A stretch of DNA of 49,114 bases from Pseudomonadota bacterium (GTDB taxonomy: Bacteria > Desulfobacterota > Desulfobulbia > Desulfobulbales > SURF-16). The notes under the pieces are model-generated. The model did no database searches. It was given only the letters and a program-made list of their open reading frames with translations, and had not been told where the DNA came from. The stretch spans positions 1 through 49,114 of the forward strand of contig JAUVQZ010000001.1 of assembly GCA_030597865.1 (NCBI GenBank), in the 5' to 3' direction. The position numbers were made by a program, and so were the translations under genes. Each line of letters starts with the position of its first letter. The stretch's first letter is position 1. This document shows positions 7,930 to 18,569 of this stretch, one piece after another.

Positions 7930-10900
7930 CTATTTTTCAACCGTGTCTGGGGGGGGAGGCAGCATCCAGCCAAAGGGCAGGGTGATGGTGTCGAGGATCC
8001 ATTTCCTCGTCGCCTCACCAATAGCGGAGGGGGAAAGGACGGTGATAACCGGATCATCCAGTGGGCCGGTCACCTTGACGGGAACTGAGACAATCCTGCC
8101 TTCCTGGCCGCCTAAAACTCGGCCAACCAGGGGTACCTTGGTTACCAGGCCCGTGATTGTCGAAAAAGGCACCACAAAAATGGTGAGATCATACTCCATG
8201 GTGGTCAGGTTAATCTCTCCGGTGGCCACAACATCCACACCATCCCCATCAATAAAAGCCTTGTCAATGGTAAAGATATTACCATAGACATTTCCGGAGA
8301 CCTCCAGGGCGTTATAATAAAACCCCTCTTTCCAGATGGCCCCTGACAGCCCGGTGATATTGACCAGGCTCAATATTTTGGCAAGGGGGACAAATTTCTT
8401 TATGGTTCCCTTGTCAGAGAAGAGCAGAAGACCTCCCTGCCTATTGAGATTTATGTCAGAATGTATTCGACCAGAGATGGTAAGGGGGCCTTCAATAATG
8501 CCGCCAAAATCAAAACAGGAGAGAAACTCCTTGAATTCCAGAGGATCATCGGCAGGGGTGAGCAGGGAGAATTTCTTACTCGTTTTCTGGGACCCATCCC
8601 AGATGAGCTGACCGTTTACCCCCACCCCGCACACATCACTATGGAGAAGATTCATGGTCGAGGCAGCTTGGTCGAATTCATAGGTCCCCTTCAGGGGGGC
8701 AAAGGGCAGCTTGTAGGGATACTGCCTGCCGCTGTCCGTGCCCTGCCTGCCAAAGGGCAGGATGAGACGGTCGATGTGGAAGTTCAGCAGGCCTGAAATC
8801 TCGTATGTGGACAATCCTGCCGGCTCTTTTTTGATGGCCAGGGTTGTGTGGAGAAAATGATCAAGATCAGCCTGGATTTTTTTAATATTGGTGCTGGTGA
8901 GCGAAGGTGGCGAAACAAGGTCGACTTCAAAATGACCAGCGCCGGGTTTTGAGGAGAATATCCCTGTGGCGGTCAGGGATTCGTTGTTGAAATCAGCCTT
9001 CAGCTCTCTGATCCTCAAGCGAGAGTCCTCGCCAACGAGGTCCACTGTGGGGATGGTGAAAAGCCTATGCTCCTTGCCCCATTTCCAGTGGATATCTTGG
9101 CCCACAAGGTCGCCCTCAAAGTCAAGCACGGCCTTGTTCAGTTTCCTGTCATGCCTTTTATGCACCGTGAAATCACCGCTGATCGTCCCAAGACTGAAGT
9201 TGCTGTCATCCAGGAGGGCATGGAGTGACTGGCCAGAGATGTTGCCTGCAAAGGATGAGGAGAATGTCTCGTTGTTGTCCTGCCACTGCAGGGCAAAGGA
9301 GGCCGCATCCCGTGGGCCTTTTATCCGAAAGGATGCCGAGAAGGCGGTGTCACGCTCCTGAATATCCAGATCCAGTGAGGTTGTCTCATCTGCTGAGTAG
9401 AGTTTGCCAAGGAGGCTGAAGAGCTGGTCGTCCCAGCGGATATCCATGTTGGCAACATGGTAGGTCGGGCGGGGCATAAGAAGTCTGGGAAAGGCCTCCT
9501 TGCTGGTGAGCCAGCTCAGGTGGTTGCTTCCCAAAATACCATCTACCTGAAGATTTCCGCTCCAGCTCTGCCACTGGTCATGGAAGAGTTCGCCGCGTAA
9601 GTTTATTTTCTGAGCCAATAAAGAGCCTGAGCTGGCAAGAATCTGTATCCCCCTATGACCAATGGTCCCTTGCCCCCTTTCAATCAACACCCCTTCTGGC
9701 AGGGCAGGGGTCTTGAAGGTGACATCTGCTAATTTTGCATCAAAACTATAGGTATACTCCTGCGGTTTAAAAAAGGGGCCCTTGAGTGCCCCTGAGATCT
9801 CCAGCTGGCCTTGGGCCGAATCTATAACACCGCTGAAGGCCTCATCAAGGACAGGATATTTTCTCAACTCCCCCAGGAGGGTATAGCTGTCAAAAAGACC
9901 CTGCAGCGAATGAATGGCAAGGGGGATGTCCGGGTCATCCCAGGCAGCCTGGCCGCTGCTCTCCAGGATGGAATGGGCACCCATTTTGGCCTTGATATTC
10001 AGCCAGCTGATGGAGGTGTCGGTTACCTGGAGATTGCCGGATTCCGGGCGCAGGGGCCAGCTGAGCCGGTCATAGCGAAGCTCAGCATCATCATACCTGT
10101 CAACATCAACAACGACATGGAAGTCGCGAAGGTCATCACCAATATGGAGATGGCCATTGGCGCGGCCACTGGCCTGAACCATACCAAGCTCATGGACGAC
10201 ATCCCCGTCGGCTATGAGGGTGCGGAGTACTGCGGGGAGCTCCTCGAGATTGGCGTCAATATCAACGTCAACCTCAAGGCCGTGTTTATCATTTGCCAGG
10301 CCGACCAGAAAGACGCCATTCGTGCCCTTGGCATCACCTACCCAGGTGATGATATCCCTGCCGGTGAGATCACCATCCTTAATAAGAATGGGCCCTCGAG
10401 CATTGCTGAGATCAAGGGGGATGGCGGCAAGGTGGATATCGGAGTCGGCTATGTCGACCTCGATGGTCATGGAGGTAACATCTTCAAATGACCTAGCCGG
10501 GGCATCAAAAAAATAGGAGGCGCTATGTGCCTTGCCCCCCTGGACAATATCACAAACAATCTGGGCCACCGGGTTATCCCCCAACAGGCCGAGGACCTTG
10601 TGACGAAGAGCGCTGAGGTCAATTTCCTCGGCCTGGAGATCAATCTTTATATGTGCCAGTTCCCTGTCCCCGGGGAAATAACGGCCAATCTCCCCCTTAA
10701 TCTGCAACTGGGGCTCGTGGACAAGAAGGTCTTTGATCAGCAGGGAAAAGCTGCCCCTGGGGCCGAGATAAAGGGCAAGATCACCATGGCCGAGCTTAAA
10801 ATCTTCTCTTGTATCAAGCCGTGACAGGGAAAAATCAGGGATATCTCCCCTAAGGGCGATATTCAGATCAGCGGCTTTTCTGGTCAGGCTGAAAGAAAAA

Positions 10901-11577
10901 TTGCTGTGATCGGCCAGTGGCATAAGAAAGGTCTGGTCATTGGCAGTGGCTATTTTTTGGCCATGGAGTTTTTTGACCTCACCTGAGACGGTTACGCCTG
11001 TTTTTTTGGAAAAATCACCGACCAAGGTTATTTTTTTGGCAAAACTTGCCCCACTTGCCCAGGAAAATTGGCCCCTGTTGGCACGGATTGTCAGGGTTGC
11101 CGCAATGTCATGCAGGGAGACCTGGCGCGAGGCGAACATATCGCCATGGAGGGCTGGCAGGTGCAGGCGGCCATTTTCAATATGGAGCTTCATCCCCGGC
11201 AGGCTTATGGCAGTTGCCCCTTCCCCTTCACCAGCAGATGTGATTTTGTGAAGTCGAAGGACTGGATCAGTGATGTTCAATCTGCCCAGGGATGAGACAC
11301 CAAAGAGTATCTTCCAGGAGGGGTACAGGGTGGCCTGGGGGCTGGTGGCAGAGAAGTTCTGATGCAGCACCTCAATATGTCCCACCTGAAGACGGGGAAG
11401 GGGAAACCAGGTAAAGGTCAGATCCTGAACACTGGCATCAATGCCATAGGAGCTGGCCATGCGGGCCAGTAGCTGCTTCTGGATCTTTTGGTTTTCAATC
11501 AGCAGGGGAGTGCTGAAGATAACCCCTGCAACCAGGAGCAAGAGAAGGCCGGTTATGATAAGAAGCTTCTTTTTCAT
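7930..11577 (-). CDS. AsmA/YhdP-like large envelope protein (N-terminal TM anchor, long beta-rich body)
   Basis: 1215 aa. The N-terminus MKKKLLIITGLLLLLVAGVIFSTPLL is a membrane anchor. The C-terminal block (GEINLTTMEYDLTIFVVPFSTITGLVTKVPLVGRVLGG...VKVTGPLDDPVI) resembles the AsmA-like C-terminal domain. Confidence 0.75.
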   Translation of the reverse strand: MKKKLLIITGLLLLLVAGVIFSTPLLIENQKIQKQLLARMASSYGIDASVQDLTFTWFPLPRLQVGHIEVLHQNFSATSPQATLYPSWKILFGVSSLGRLNITDPVLRLHKITSAGEGEGATAISLPGMKLHIENGRLHLPALHGDMFASRQVSLHDIAATLTIRANRGQFSWASGASFAKKITLVGDFSKKTGVTVSGEVKKLHGQKIATANDQTFLMPLADHSNFSFSLTRKAADLNIALRGDIPDFSLSRLDTREDFKLGHGDLALYLGPRGSFSLLIKDLLVHEPQLQIKGEIGRYFPGDRELAHIKIDLQAEEIDLSALRHKVLGLLGDNPVAQIVCDIVQGGKAHSASYFFDAPARSFEDVTSMTIEVDIADSDIHLAAIPLDLSNARGPILIKDGDLTGRDIITWVGDAKGTNGVFLVGLANDKHGLEVDVDIDANLEELPAVLRTLIADGDVVHELGMVQASGRANGHLHIGDDLRDFHVVVDVDRYDDAELRYDRLSWPLRPESGNLQVTDTSISWLNIKAKMGAHSILESSGQAAWDDPDIPLAIHSLQGLFDSYTLLGELRKYPVLDEAFSGVIDSAQGQLEISGALKGPFFKPQEYTYSFDAKLADVTFKTPALPEGVLIERGQGTIGHRGIQILASSGSLLAQKINLRGELFHDQWQSWSGNLQVDGILGSNHLSWLTSKEAFPRLLMPRPTYHVANMDIRWDDQLFSLLGKLYSADETTSLDLDIQERDTAFSASFRIKGPRDAASFALQWQDNNETFSSSFAGNISGQSLHALLDDSNFSLGTISGDFTVHKRHDRKLNKAVLDFEGDLVGQDIHWKWGKEHRLFTIPTVDLVGEDSRLRIRELKADFNNESLTATGIFSSKPGAGHFEVDLVSPPSLTSTNIKKIQADLDHFLHTTLAIKKEPAGLSTYEISGLLNFHIDRLILPFGRQGTDSGRQYPYKLPFAPLKGTYEFDQAASTMNLLHSDVCGVGVNGQLIWDGSQKTSKKFSLLTPADDPLEFKEFLSCFDFGGIIEGPLTISGRIHSDINLNRQGGLLLFSDKGTIKKFVPLAKILSLVNITGLSGAIWKEGFYYNALEVSGNVYGNIFTIDKAFIDGDGVDVVATGEINLTTMEYDLTIFVVPFSTITGLVTKVPLVGRVLGGQEGRIVSVPVKVTGPLDDPVITVLSPSAIGEATRKWILDTITLPFGWMLPPPPDTVEK

Positions 11578-11634
11578 TTAAAGGGGGGGCAAAGGGCCAG
11601 GATAGCAACGTCGGCTGAAAAGGCATTCATTGCC

Positions 11635-13461
11635 CTATTCGACAGATGTGAGCATTTCATCAATCGTTGCCAGGCCGCCCTGCCAGAAGAGCGGGTCATT
11701 AAGGTCCACCCCAAAGGGCTTAACAAGCTCATAGGGGGAAAGGGTGCCACCGGCGGCCAGTAATTGCTCATACCTGGGTACAAAATTTTCGCCTTCGGTT
11801 TTGCACCGCAAGGGCGTAAGTTTCGTTTGAGCAGGCAAGCTGCTCAATTCAGCTTTGTACAGATTGTAGAGGGCAAGGACAAGAAGTTCACCAAAGGCAT
11901 AGGAGTAGACATAGCCGGGGGTGTGGAGAAAATGAGGGATATAGGACCACCAGACATCATAATTATCAGTCAGACTGACACTGTCGGCAAACATCTCCTC
12001 CTGGATATCTCGCCAGTGTGCACTGAAGGATTCCTGGGAAAGCTCCCCCTGCTCACGGCGGCTGGTATGGATACGATCCTCAAAGCGGTTCATCGATATT
12101 TGCCGAAAGACAGTGGCAAATATTGACTCAAGCTTCTGGCAGGTAAAGGCCCGTCTCTGCTCCTCCGACTCCAGGAGGGCCAGTTGACTGTGGAAGACAA
12201 GGAGCTCTGCAAAAACCGAGGCGGTTTCAGCCAGGACCAGCGGCGTATCACTGTTATAATACCCTTTTTCGGCTGCCAGATACTGATGAACCCCGTGGCC
12301 GAGCTCATGGGCCACGGTGGCAACGTCACGGATATTGCCCGTGTAGTTGACCAGGACATAGGGATGCACCCCAGGGACACAGGGGTGGGCAAAGGCGCCG
12401 CTCCGTTTTCCCTCAACAATGGGGGCGTGTATCCAGCCCCGGTCAAAAAAGAAAGAGGCTATTTCCGCCATTTTCGGAGAAAATCCCCGAAAGGCCGTTA
12501 ATACCATGTCCTGGCATTGCAGCCAGCCAACCTGGTTATCAGGGAGCTCTGGCAGGGGGGCATAGCGATCATAATCGTAGAGGGTATCGAGGCCGAGCAC
12601 CTTTTTCTTCAGGCGGTAATAACGCTGGACAATATCATAGCGCTTGGTTACCGAGGAAACCAGGACCGTCACCGTGTCATCGGTCAGCTCATTGGCCAGG
12701 TTCATGGAACTCACCCAGGAGGGATAGCTGCGCAGCCGATCGGTGATCATTTTGTCGGCCAGGATGGTATTAAAGATATGGGTGATAATATGGAGCTGGG
12801 AGCGGAGTCCGGCGGTCATATCCTCGGCAGCCTGGATGCGCACCTGGCGCTGTGGCGAATAGAGGTCGGAGAGCACCTCCTCTTCGCTCCGCCGCTGGGC
12901 GCCGAAGGTGAGGTGGCCGAACACCTTTTCAAAGAGATCCGTCCAGCTGGACGACCCCACCGGTGCCTTGTCCATGAGGAGCTGTTCCTCGGCGCTGCTC
13001 AGGAGGTGGTCGGCATAGCGCCGGATGCTGAGCAGATAATGATGGTAATGGCTGAGTGTGTCGTCCTGCAGTAGTTTCTTGGCCACGCCTTTTTCTGTCT
13101 TGCCCCACTCAAGATCAAAAAAAACGGTCTCCTTGCCCACCTGACTGGCAACCTCCCTCACCTCCTGCAAAAAGGCCCCGGCCTCAGCATTTTTGACCTG
13201 GGTGGTGAAATTCAAGAAGGCATAGGTGGATAATTTGCCCAGAAGAACCGCAATATCCTCAAGCTTTTTGACCAGCCCGGCAAGCTTCGGGGCGGTGAGT
13301 TCAGCAATTTTATGACGATGGGTGCGTGCAACAGCCTCAGCCCCCTGCTGGCATGATTTGATATCCATCTTGATGGCAGGATCATTGAGCCCGGCATAGA
13401 GGTGGTCAAGGCGCCAGATAACATCTGAGGTTTGGAGATCGTTGTTTAGTTGTGTCGACAT
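11635..13461 (-). CDS. pepF: M3-family oligoendopeptidase F
   Basis: 608 aa with the HELGHGVH zinc motif in an M3B-like context (VATVAHELGHGVHQYLA...ETASVFAE). Confidence 0.85.
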   Translation of the reverse strand: MSTQLNNDLQTSDVIWRLDHLYAGLNDPAIKMDIKSCQQGAEAVARTHRHKIAELTAPKLAGLVKKLEDIAVLLGKLSTYAFLNFTTQVKNAEAGAFLQEVREVASQVGKETVFFDLEWGKTEKGVAKKLLQDDTLSHYHHYLLSIRRYADHLLSSAEEQLLMDKAPVGSSSWTDLFEKVFGHLTFGAQRRSEEEVLSDLYSPQRQVRIQAAEDMTAGLRSQLHIITHIFNTILADKMITDRLRSYPSWVSSMNLANELTDDTVTVLVSSVTKRYDIVQRYYRLKKKVLGLDTLYDYDRYAPLPELPDNQVGWLQCQDMVLTAFRGFSPKMAEIASFFFDRGWIHAPIVEGKRSGAFAHPCVPGVHPYVLVNYTGNIRDVATVAHELGHGVHQYLAAEKGYYNSDTPLVLAETASVFAELLVFHSQLALLESEEQRRAFTCQKLESIFATVFRQISMNRFEDRIHTSRREQGELSQESFSAHWRDIQEEMFADSVSLTDNYDVWWSYIPHFLHTPGYVYSYAFGELLVLALYNLYKAELSSLPAQTKLTPLRCKTEGENFVPRYEQLLAAGGTLSPYELVKPFGVDLNDPLFWQGGLATIDEMLTSVE

Positions 13462-13861
13462 AGGGGCTGTGTTGGGGCTGAGGTTTAGGGGTGAAATTGA
13501 GATAGTACAGCACCTCCGGGGGAATTACAATCAGCGAGCCCGGGGCAAGAAAAAATCTTGCGTCAAAGAAAAGAACGATATAGTTTGTATTCGAAATTTT
13601 ATTTTAAAAAGCCTCTCACACGTAGGTGTTTTTAGTTTTTTTTCAAAATAATCGAGCTCTTATACTCTTTGTTTTTTCACAAGCCATGTGCAGATAAAAT
13701 ACCTGGAATTTCACACCCTGTGCGCAATCCCCCTCCCCTTAACAGTTTTCCTGGCCCTATCCAAGGCCTGGCAGCAGGCCATCATTTCCCATCATGCTCC
13801 CCCGTTGTTTCATGCCTTGTTGCCACGGCATGGATAACCGTTTAGTCCTCACAGGTATCCC

Positions 13862-15685
13862 ATGACATCTTCCACGACATATGATGAAGGAAAGGTAAAA
13901 ACACTCAGCTCCCTCGAGCATATCAAGCTGCGGCCGGGCATGTATATCGGCCGCCTCGGTAATGGCTCCCATCCTGACGATGGCATCTATATCCTCCTCA
14001 AGGAAATCATCGATAACGGTGTTGATGAGTTCATTATGGGGGCTGGTAAGAAAATTGATATGACCATTGAGGATTCCGGCGCGGTGAGGATACGTGATTA
14101 CGGCCGTGGTATTCCCCTTGGTAAAATTGTCGAGTGTGTATCGGTAATTAATACCGGCGCCAAGTATAATAGCGATGTCTTCCAGTTTTCCGTTGGTCTC
14201 AACGGTGTGGGCACCAAGGCGGTAAATGCCCTCTCCTCAGATTTCAAGGTTACGGCCTACCGGGAGGGTGCGTTTGCCACGGCCACCTTTAAGGATGGTA
14301 CCCTTGTTGACCAGGAACAAGGCAAGGCAAAGGAAAAGAATGGCACCCTGATAGATTTCATGCCCGCCCCTGACATTTTCAAGGGCTACACCTATAATTT
14401 TGACTTTATCAAGAAGAGATTATGGCGTTATGCCTATCTCAATGCTGGTCTTAAACTTCTCTTTGATGATGAAGAGTTCTACTCCGAAAATGGCCTTCTT
14501 GATCTTTTGGCCAATGAGATAGACGACAGCCAGCTCTATGACCCCCTCCACTACCAGGACGACACCCTGGAGCTCACCTTTACCCATATAAATGGCTATG
14601 GTGAGTCCTATTTTTCCTTTGTCAACGGCACCTATACCAATGAGGGCGGCACCCATCTTTCCGCCTATAGGGAGGGAATACTCAAGGGCTTTAATGAATT
14701 CACCGGCAAGAAATTCTCCGGTAATGATGTCAGGGAGGGGATTGTCGGCACCATTGCCGTCAAGGTGGTGGAACCCATCTTTGAGTCCCAGACCAAGAAT
14801 AAGCTGGGCAACACCTATATCCGGGCCGATATTATTAACCGCGTCCGAAAATTTGTCTGCGATTCACTTTATAAGGACACGGATCTGGCCGAGGTCATGG
14901 TCCACAAGATCCAGCAGAACGCCAGGATCCGTAAAGAATTGCAGAATGTTCGCAAGGAGGCCAAGTCCAAGGCCAAAAAAATAACCTACCGCATCCCCAA
15001 CCTTAAGGATTGCAAGTACCACCCCTCCAAGGCAAGGCCTTCCCAAAAAGGCCGTGAAAACATGATCTTTATCACCGAGGGCCAATCCGCCTCCGGTTCC
15101 ATTGTCAGTGCCCGCGATCCCATGCGCCAGGCAGTTTTTTCCATGAAGGGTAAGCCCATGAACGTCTATGGCCACAAGCTTGATCTGCTTTATAAGAATG
15201 ATGAGATGTATAATATCATGCGGGGACTCAATATTGAGGAATCCGTGGGCCATCTCCGTTTCGACAAGGTCATCTTGGCCACGGATGCCGATGTGGACGG
15301 GCTCCATATCAGAAATCTTCTGCTCACCTTTTTTCTCCATTATTTTGAGCCCCTGGTAAAGCTTGGCCATGTCTACATCCTCGAGACCCCCATCTACAGG
15401 GTTCGCAACAAGCAGGAGACCATCTATTGTTATTCTGACCAGGAAAAGGACAGGGCGATCAATAAACTGGCAGGCCGGGCCAAGGTGAAAAAACAGGTGG
15501 AAATTACCCGCTTTAAGGGTCTTGGCGAGATCTCCCCGCCGGAGTTCAAGCAGTTTATCGGCGAAGATATCCGCCTGCAACAGGTCAATATTGACAAGCT
15601 TTCAGAGGTTCCCAAGCTTCTCTCCTTTTACATGGGCAAGAACACCCCTGATCGCAAAGAGTATATCATGAGAAATCTGGTTTAA
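13862..15685 (+). CDS. Type IIA DNA topoisomerase ATPase subunit (ParE/GyrB-like, compact form)
   Basis: Motifs present: LEHIKLRPGMYIG, EIIDNGVDE (N-box), DYGRGIP, GLNGVGTKAVNALS, ESQTKNKLG (QTK loop), and Toprim ITEGQSASGS plus TDADVDGLHIRNLLLTFF. Confidence 0.9.
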   Translation: MTSSTTYDEGKVKTLSSLEHIKLRPGMYIGRLGNGSHPDDGIYILLKEIIDNGVDEFIMGAGKKIDMTIEDSGAVRIRDYGRGIPLGKIVECVSVINTGAKYNSDVFQFSVGLNGVGTKAVNALSSDFKVTAYREGAFATATFKDGTLVDQEQGKAKEKNGTLIDFMPAPDIFKGYTYNFDFIKKRLWRYAYLNAGLKLLFDDEEFYSENGLLDLLANEIDDSQLYDPLHYQDDTLELTFTHINGYGESYFSFVNGTYTNEGGTHLSAYREGILKGFNEFTGKKFSGNDVREGIVGTIAVKVVEPIFESQTKNKLGNTYIRADIINRVRKFVCDSLYKDTDLAEVMVHKIQQNARIRKELQNVRKEAKSKAKKITYRIPNLKDCKYHPSKARPSQKGRENMIFITEGQSASGSIVSARDPMRQAVFSMKGKPMNVYGHKLDLLYKNDEMYNIMRGLNIEESVGHLRFDKVILATDADVDGLHIRNLLLTFFLHYFEPLVKLGHVYILETPIYRVRNKQETIYCYSDQEKDRAINKLAGRAKVKKQVEITRFKGLGEISPPEFKQFIGEDIRLQQVNIDKLSEVPKLLSFYMGKNTPDRKEYIMRNLV

Positions 15686-15699
15686 GGGCGAGGTCCTCT

Positions 15700-17685
15700 A
15701 TGCATCATCTCGAAGAGTATGGCAGTTTGCATCAGCTTTTTGACACAAACTTCCTTGATTACACCTCCTATGTCATCAAGGAGAGGGCTATTCCAGATCT
15801 GAGTGACGGTCTCAAGCCCGTCCAGCGCCGGATCATGCAGACCCTGGCCAATATGGATGACGGCCGCTTTAACAAGGTCGCCAATGTGGTGGGTGACACC
15901 ATGAAGCTCCATCCCCATGGCGACCAATCCATCTATGCCGCCCTGGTCAACCTCTCCAACAAGGGCTATCTCATCAGCCAGCAGGGCAATTTCGGTAACA
16001 TCTACACCGGTGATGGCGCCTCAGCGGCCCGTTATATCGAATGCCGTTTATCGCCCCTGGCCAAGGAGACCCTCTTTAATAAGGACCTCACCACCTTCAG
16101 CGAGTCCTATGACGGCCGCCTCATGGAACCGGTCACCCTGCCCAGTAAGATACCCCTTTTACTTCTCCAGGGGGCCGAGGGTATTGCTGTTGGTATGGCA
16201 ACCAAGATTATGTCCCATAATTTTGTTGAGGTGCTGGAGGCCCAAAAGGATCTCCTTGGCGACAGGGAAATCGAGCTTTTTCCTGATTTTCTTAAAGGGG
16301 GCACCCTTGATGTCAGCGGATATGAGGACGGTAATGGCCGACTAAAATGCCGGGCCCGCATTGAGGAACAGGATGAGAAGACCATTATAATTAAGGAGAT
16401 CCCCCACTCAACAACCACCCAATCCATTATGGAGAGTGTGGAAAAGGCGGCCAAGCAGGGCAAGATCAAGATTCAGTCTATTAATGACTACACCGCTGAA
16501 GAGGTGGAGATAGAGATCAAACTGCCCCGTGGCATCTATGCAGAGGATACCATCAGGGCCCTCTATGCCTTTACCGATTGCGAGGTCTCCATCAGCCCCA
16601 ACCTCACGGTTATCAGAAATGATAATCCGGTTAATGTCAGTGTCACAGAGATACTGCGTGACAACACTGAAAAGCTTGTCTCTGATCTTGAAAAGGAGCT
16701 GTTAATTGACCGTGATCGTCTCCAGGAACGACTTCAGGCCGCCCTGCTCGAGCAGATTTTCATCGAAGAACGTCTCTATAAGAAGATTGAAGAATGCGAG
16801 AGCTATGAACTTGTGGTGGAAACTGTTGCCAGTTCCCTTGGGCCCTTTCGTGACCGTCTGCTGCGTGATGTCACCGTTGAAGACATTGAACGGCTCTTAG
16901 AGATCCGGATTAAACGGATATCCCGCTACGACATTGCCAAAAAGCAAAAAGAGATTAATGCCACTGGCAAGAAGATCCGTGAGGTTGAAAGGCATCTTCA
17001 GGATATGGTGCTCTTCACAATTAATTATATCGACGGCTTGTTGAAGAAATATGGCCCAAACTATCCCCGGCGCACCGAACTTGCCACCTTTTCAGAGGTT
17101 GAGGCCCGTAAGGTGGCTATTTCCAACCTCACGGTGGGCTACCAGGCAACCACAGGATTTCTCGGCCATCAGGTCAAGGGTGACCAAGGCTTTACCTTTC
17201 CCTGTTCCGAGTATGACAAGGTGATGCTCATCTTTAAAAATGGCAGCTATAAGGTCGTGCCTGTGGCTGACAAGGTTTTTATCGGCCATGACCTTGTCTG
17301 GATAGGCAAGGTGGAGCAGAAGCTTGTCTTTAATATCATCTATAAAAATGGCCCTGAGAACCTCTCCTATATCAAACGTTTTCAAATGCCGAAATTTATC
17401 CTGGACAAGGAGTATGAGCTTTTTGGCCCCCATAAACGCTCCCTTATTCAGTTTATGAGCCTTGGCAAGGCGGGTCTTTTCAGGGTGTATTACACCCCCA
17501 ACAAAAGGGCTAAGGCAAATTATGAAGATTTCACCCTGGAAGATTTCTTGATCAAAGGTGCTGTGGCTCGCGGCAAAAGGGTTTCCAGCACCAGGCCGGT
17601 AACCAGGGTCAGGGCACTGGTGTCAAAGGATGACAGCCCTGACGAGGACAAGAAGCCCGTCAGTCTTTTTGAACCAAAGGGTTGA
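15700..17685 (+). CDS. Type IIA DNA topoisomerase breakage-reunion subunit (ParC/GyrA-like, short C-terminal domain)
   Basis: Motifs present: DGLKPVQRRIMQTL, HPHGDQSIYAALVNL, and the catalytic-Tyr context AARYIECRLS. At 661 aa it is shorter than typical GyrA/ParC. It starts 15 nt after the ATPase subunit. Confidence 0.9.
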   Translation: MHHLEEYGSLHQLFDTNFLDYTSYVIKERAIPDLSDGLKPVQRRIMQTLANMDDGRFNKVANVVGDTMKLHPHGDQSIYAALVNLSNKGYLISQQGNFGNIYTGDGASAARYIECRLSPLAKETLFNKDLTTFSESYDGRLMEPVTLPSKIPLLLLQGAEGIAVGMATKIMSHNFVEVLEAQKDLLGDREIELFPDFLKGGTLDVSGYEDGNGRLKCRARIEEQDEKTIIIKEIPHSTTTQSIMESVEKAAKQGKIKIQSINDYTAEEVEIEIKLPRGIYAEDTIRALYAFTDCEVSISPNLTVIRNDNPVNVSVTEILRDNTEKLVSDLEKELLIDRDRLQERLQAALLEQIFIEERLYKKIEECESYELVVETVASSLGPFRDRLLRDVTVEDIERLLEIRIKRISRYDIAKKQKEINATGKKIREVERHLQDMVLFTINYIDGLLKKYGPNYPRRTELATFSEVEARKVAISNLTVGYQATTGFLGHQVKGDQGFTFPCSEYDKVMLIFKNGSYKVVPVADKVFIGHDLVWIGKVEQKLVFNIIYKNGPENLSYIKRFQMPKFILDKEYELFGPHKRSLIQFMSLGKAGLFRVYYTPNKRAKANYEDFTLEDFLIKGAVARGKRVSSTRPVTRVRALVSKDDSPDEDKKPVSLFEPKG

Positions 17686-17786
17686 CAGGTGTTTGCTGGG
17701 ACAAGCTCGCCCCTCCACCCAAAAAGTCTCTTTGTTGAGACTGGCGTGGACCACGCTTAAATATAGAAAAAGGACAGGGATACCCC

Positions 17787-18470
17787 TTGAGTAAGGCAGC
17801 CGCAGTACAACAAATGTTTGACTCCATTGCCGGCCAGTATGACCTGATGAACAGGGTCATGCCCCTGGGCCAGGATCAACGCTGGCGCCGCTTTGTGGTG
17901 GAAAGGGCAGGGGATGCAGGGCAGGGCAGGGTGCTCGACCTGGCCACCGGCACCGGTGATATTGCCGCCCTTTACAAGGCCTCCCATCCGCAAGCCACGG
18001 TTATTGGCGGCGATTTTTCCCAAAATATGCTGGCCGAGGCCCGTAGACGTTTTACTGACCGTGACATCTCATGGCAGGCCTGTGACGCCAATTTTCTGCC
18101 CTTTTCAGATGATTTCTTTGAGGCCGTGACCTTTGGCTATCTCCTGCGCAACGTCGATCATGCCCCCACTGTTCTTGATGAGGTGTACAGGGTGCTCAAG
18201 AAGGGCGGCCGCATTGTCTGTCTTGATACAACACCGCCCCGCAAAAATATTCTCTACCCCTTTATCCGGGGCTATTTACGCTGGGGGATCCCCCTCATGG
18301 GGAGAATGATTGCCAGTGACGAGGCGGCCTATGCCTATCTCACCGGATCCACCATGGACTTTTACAGGGCAGAGGGTCTGGCCGCCGCCTTCCGGGATGC
18401 CGGTTTCCAGGGGGTGGGGTTTAAAAAATTTATGATGGGCACCATTGCCGTCCATTGGGGAGAAAAATAA
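17787..18470 (+). CDS. ubiE: Demethylmenaquinone/ubiquinone C-methyltransferase (UbiE/MenG family)
   Basis: QQMFDSIAGQYDLMNRVMPLGQDQRWRR followed by the SAM motif VLDLATGTGD. The track start is TTG at 17787; the ATG at 17814 is an alternative. Confidence 0.85.
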   Translation: MSKAAAVQQMFDSIAGQYDLMNRVMPLGQDQRWRRFVVERAGDAGQGRVLDLATGTGDIAALYKASHPQATVIGGDFSQNMLAEARRRFTDRDISWQACDANFLPFSDDFFEAVTFGYLLRNVDHAPTVLDEVYRVLKKGGRIVCLDTTPPRKNILYPFIRGYLRWGIPLMGRMIASDEAAYAYLTGSTMDFYRAEGLAAAFRDAGFQGVGFKKFMMGTIAVHWGEK

Positions 18471-18569
18471 GTGACAAGAGGTAAGAAGTAAGAAGTTGAG
18501 AAATAAGTAGAGGGAAAGGTTCTCAATTAAGAAAACCACCTTGTTGACAACTTCTTATTTCTCATATTC

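Noticed and set aside
9811-10491. 226-aa plus-strand ORF, with several 90-130-aa ORFs across 7789-11295
   Set aside because: All lie inside and antisense to the 1215-aa AsmA-like gene. No RBS or motifs.
12517-13074. 185-aa plus-strand ORF and neighbours (11764-12126, 12184-12501)
   Set aside because: Antisense to pepF (HELGH metallopeptidase). No supporting features.
14864-15580. 238-aa minus-strand ORF
   Set aside because: It is antisense to the topoisomerase ATPase subunit, whose motifs are intact throughout. No independent signals.
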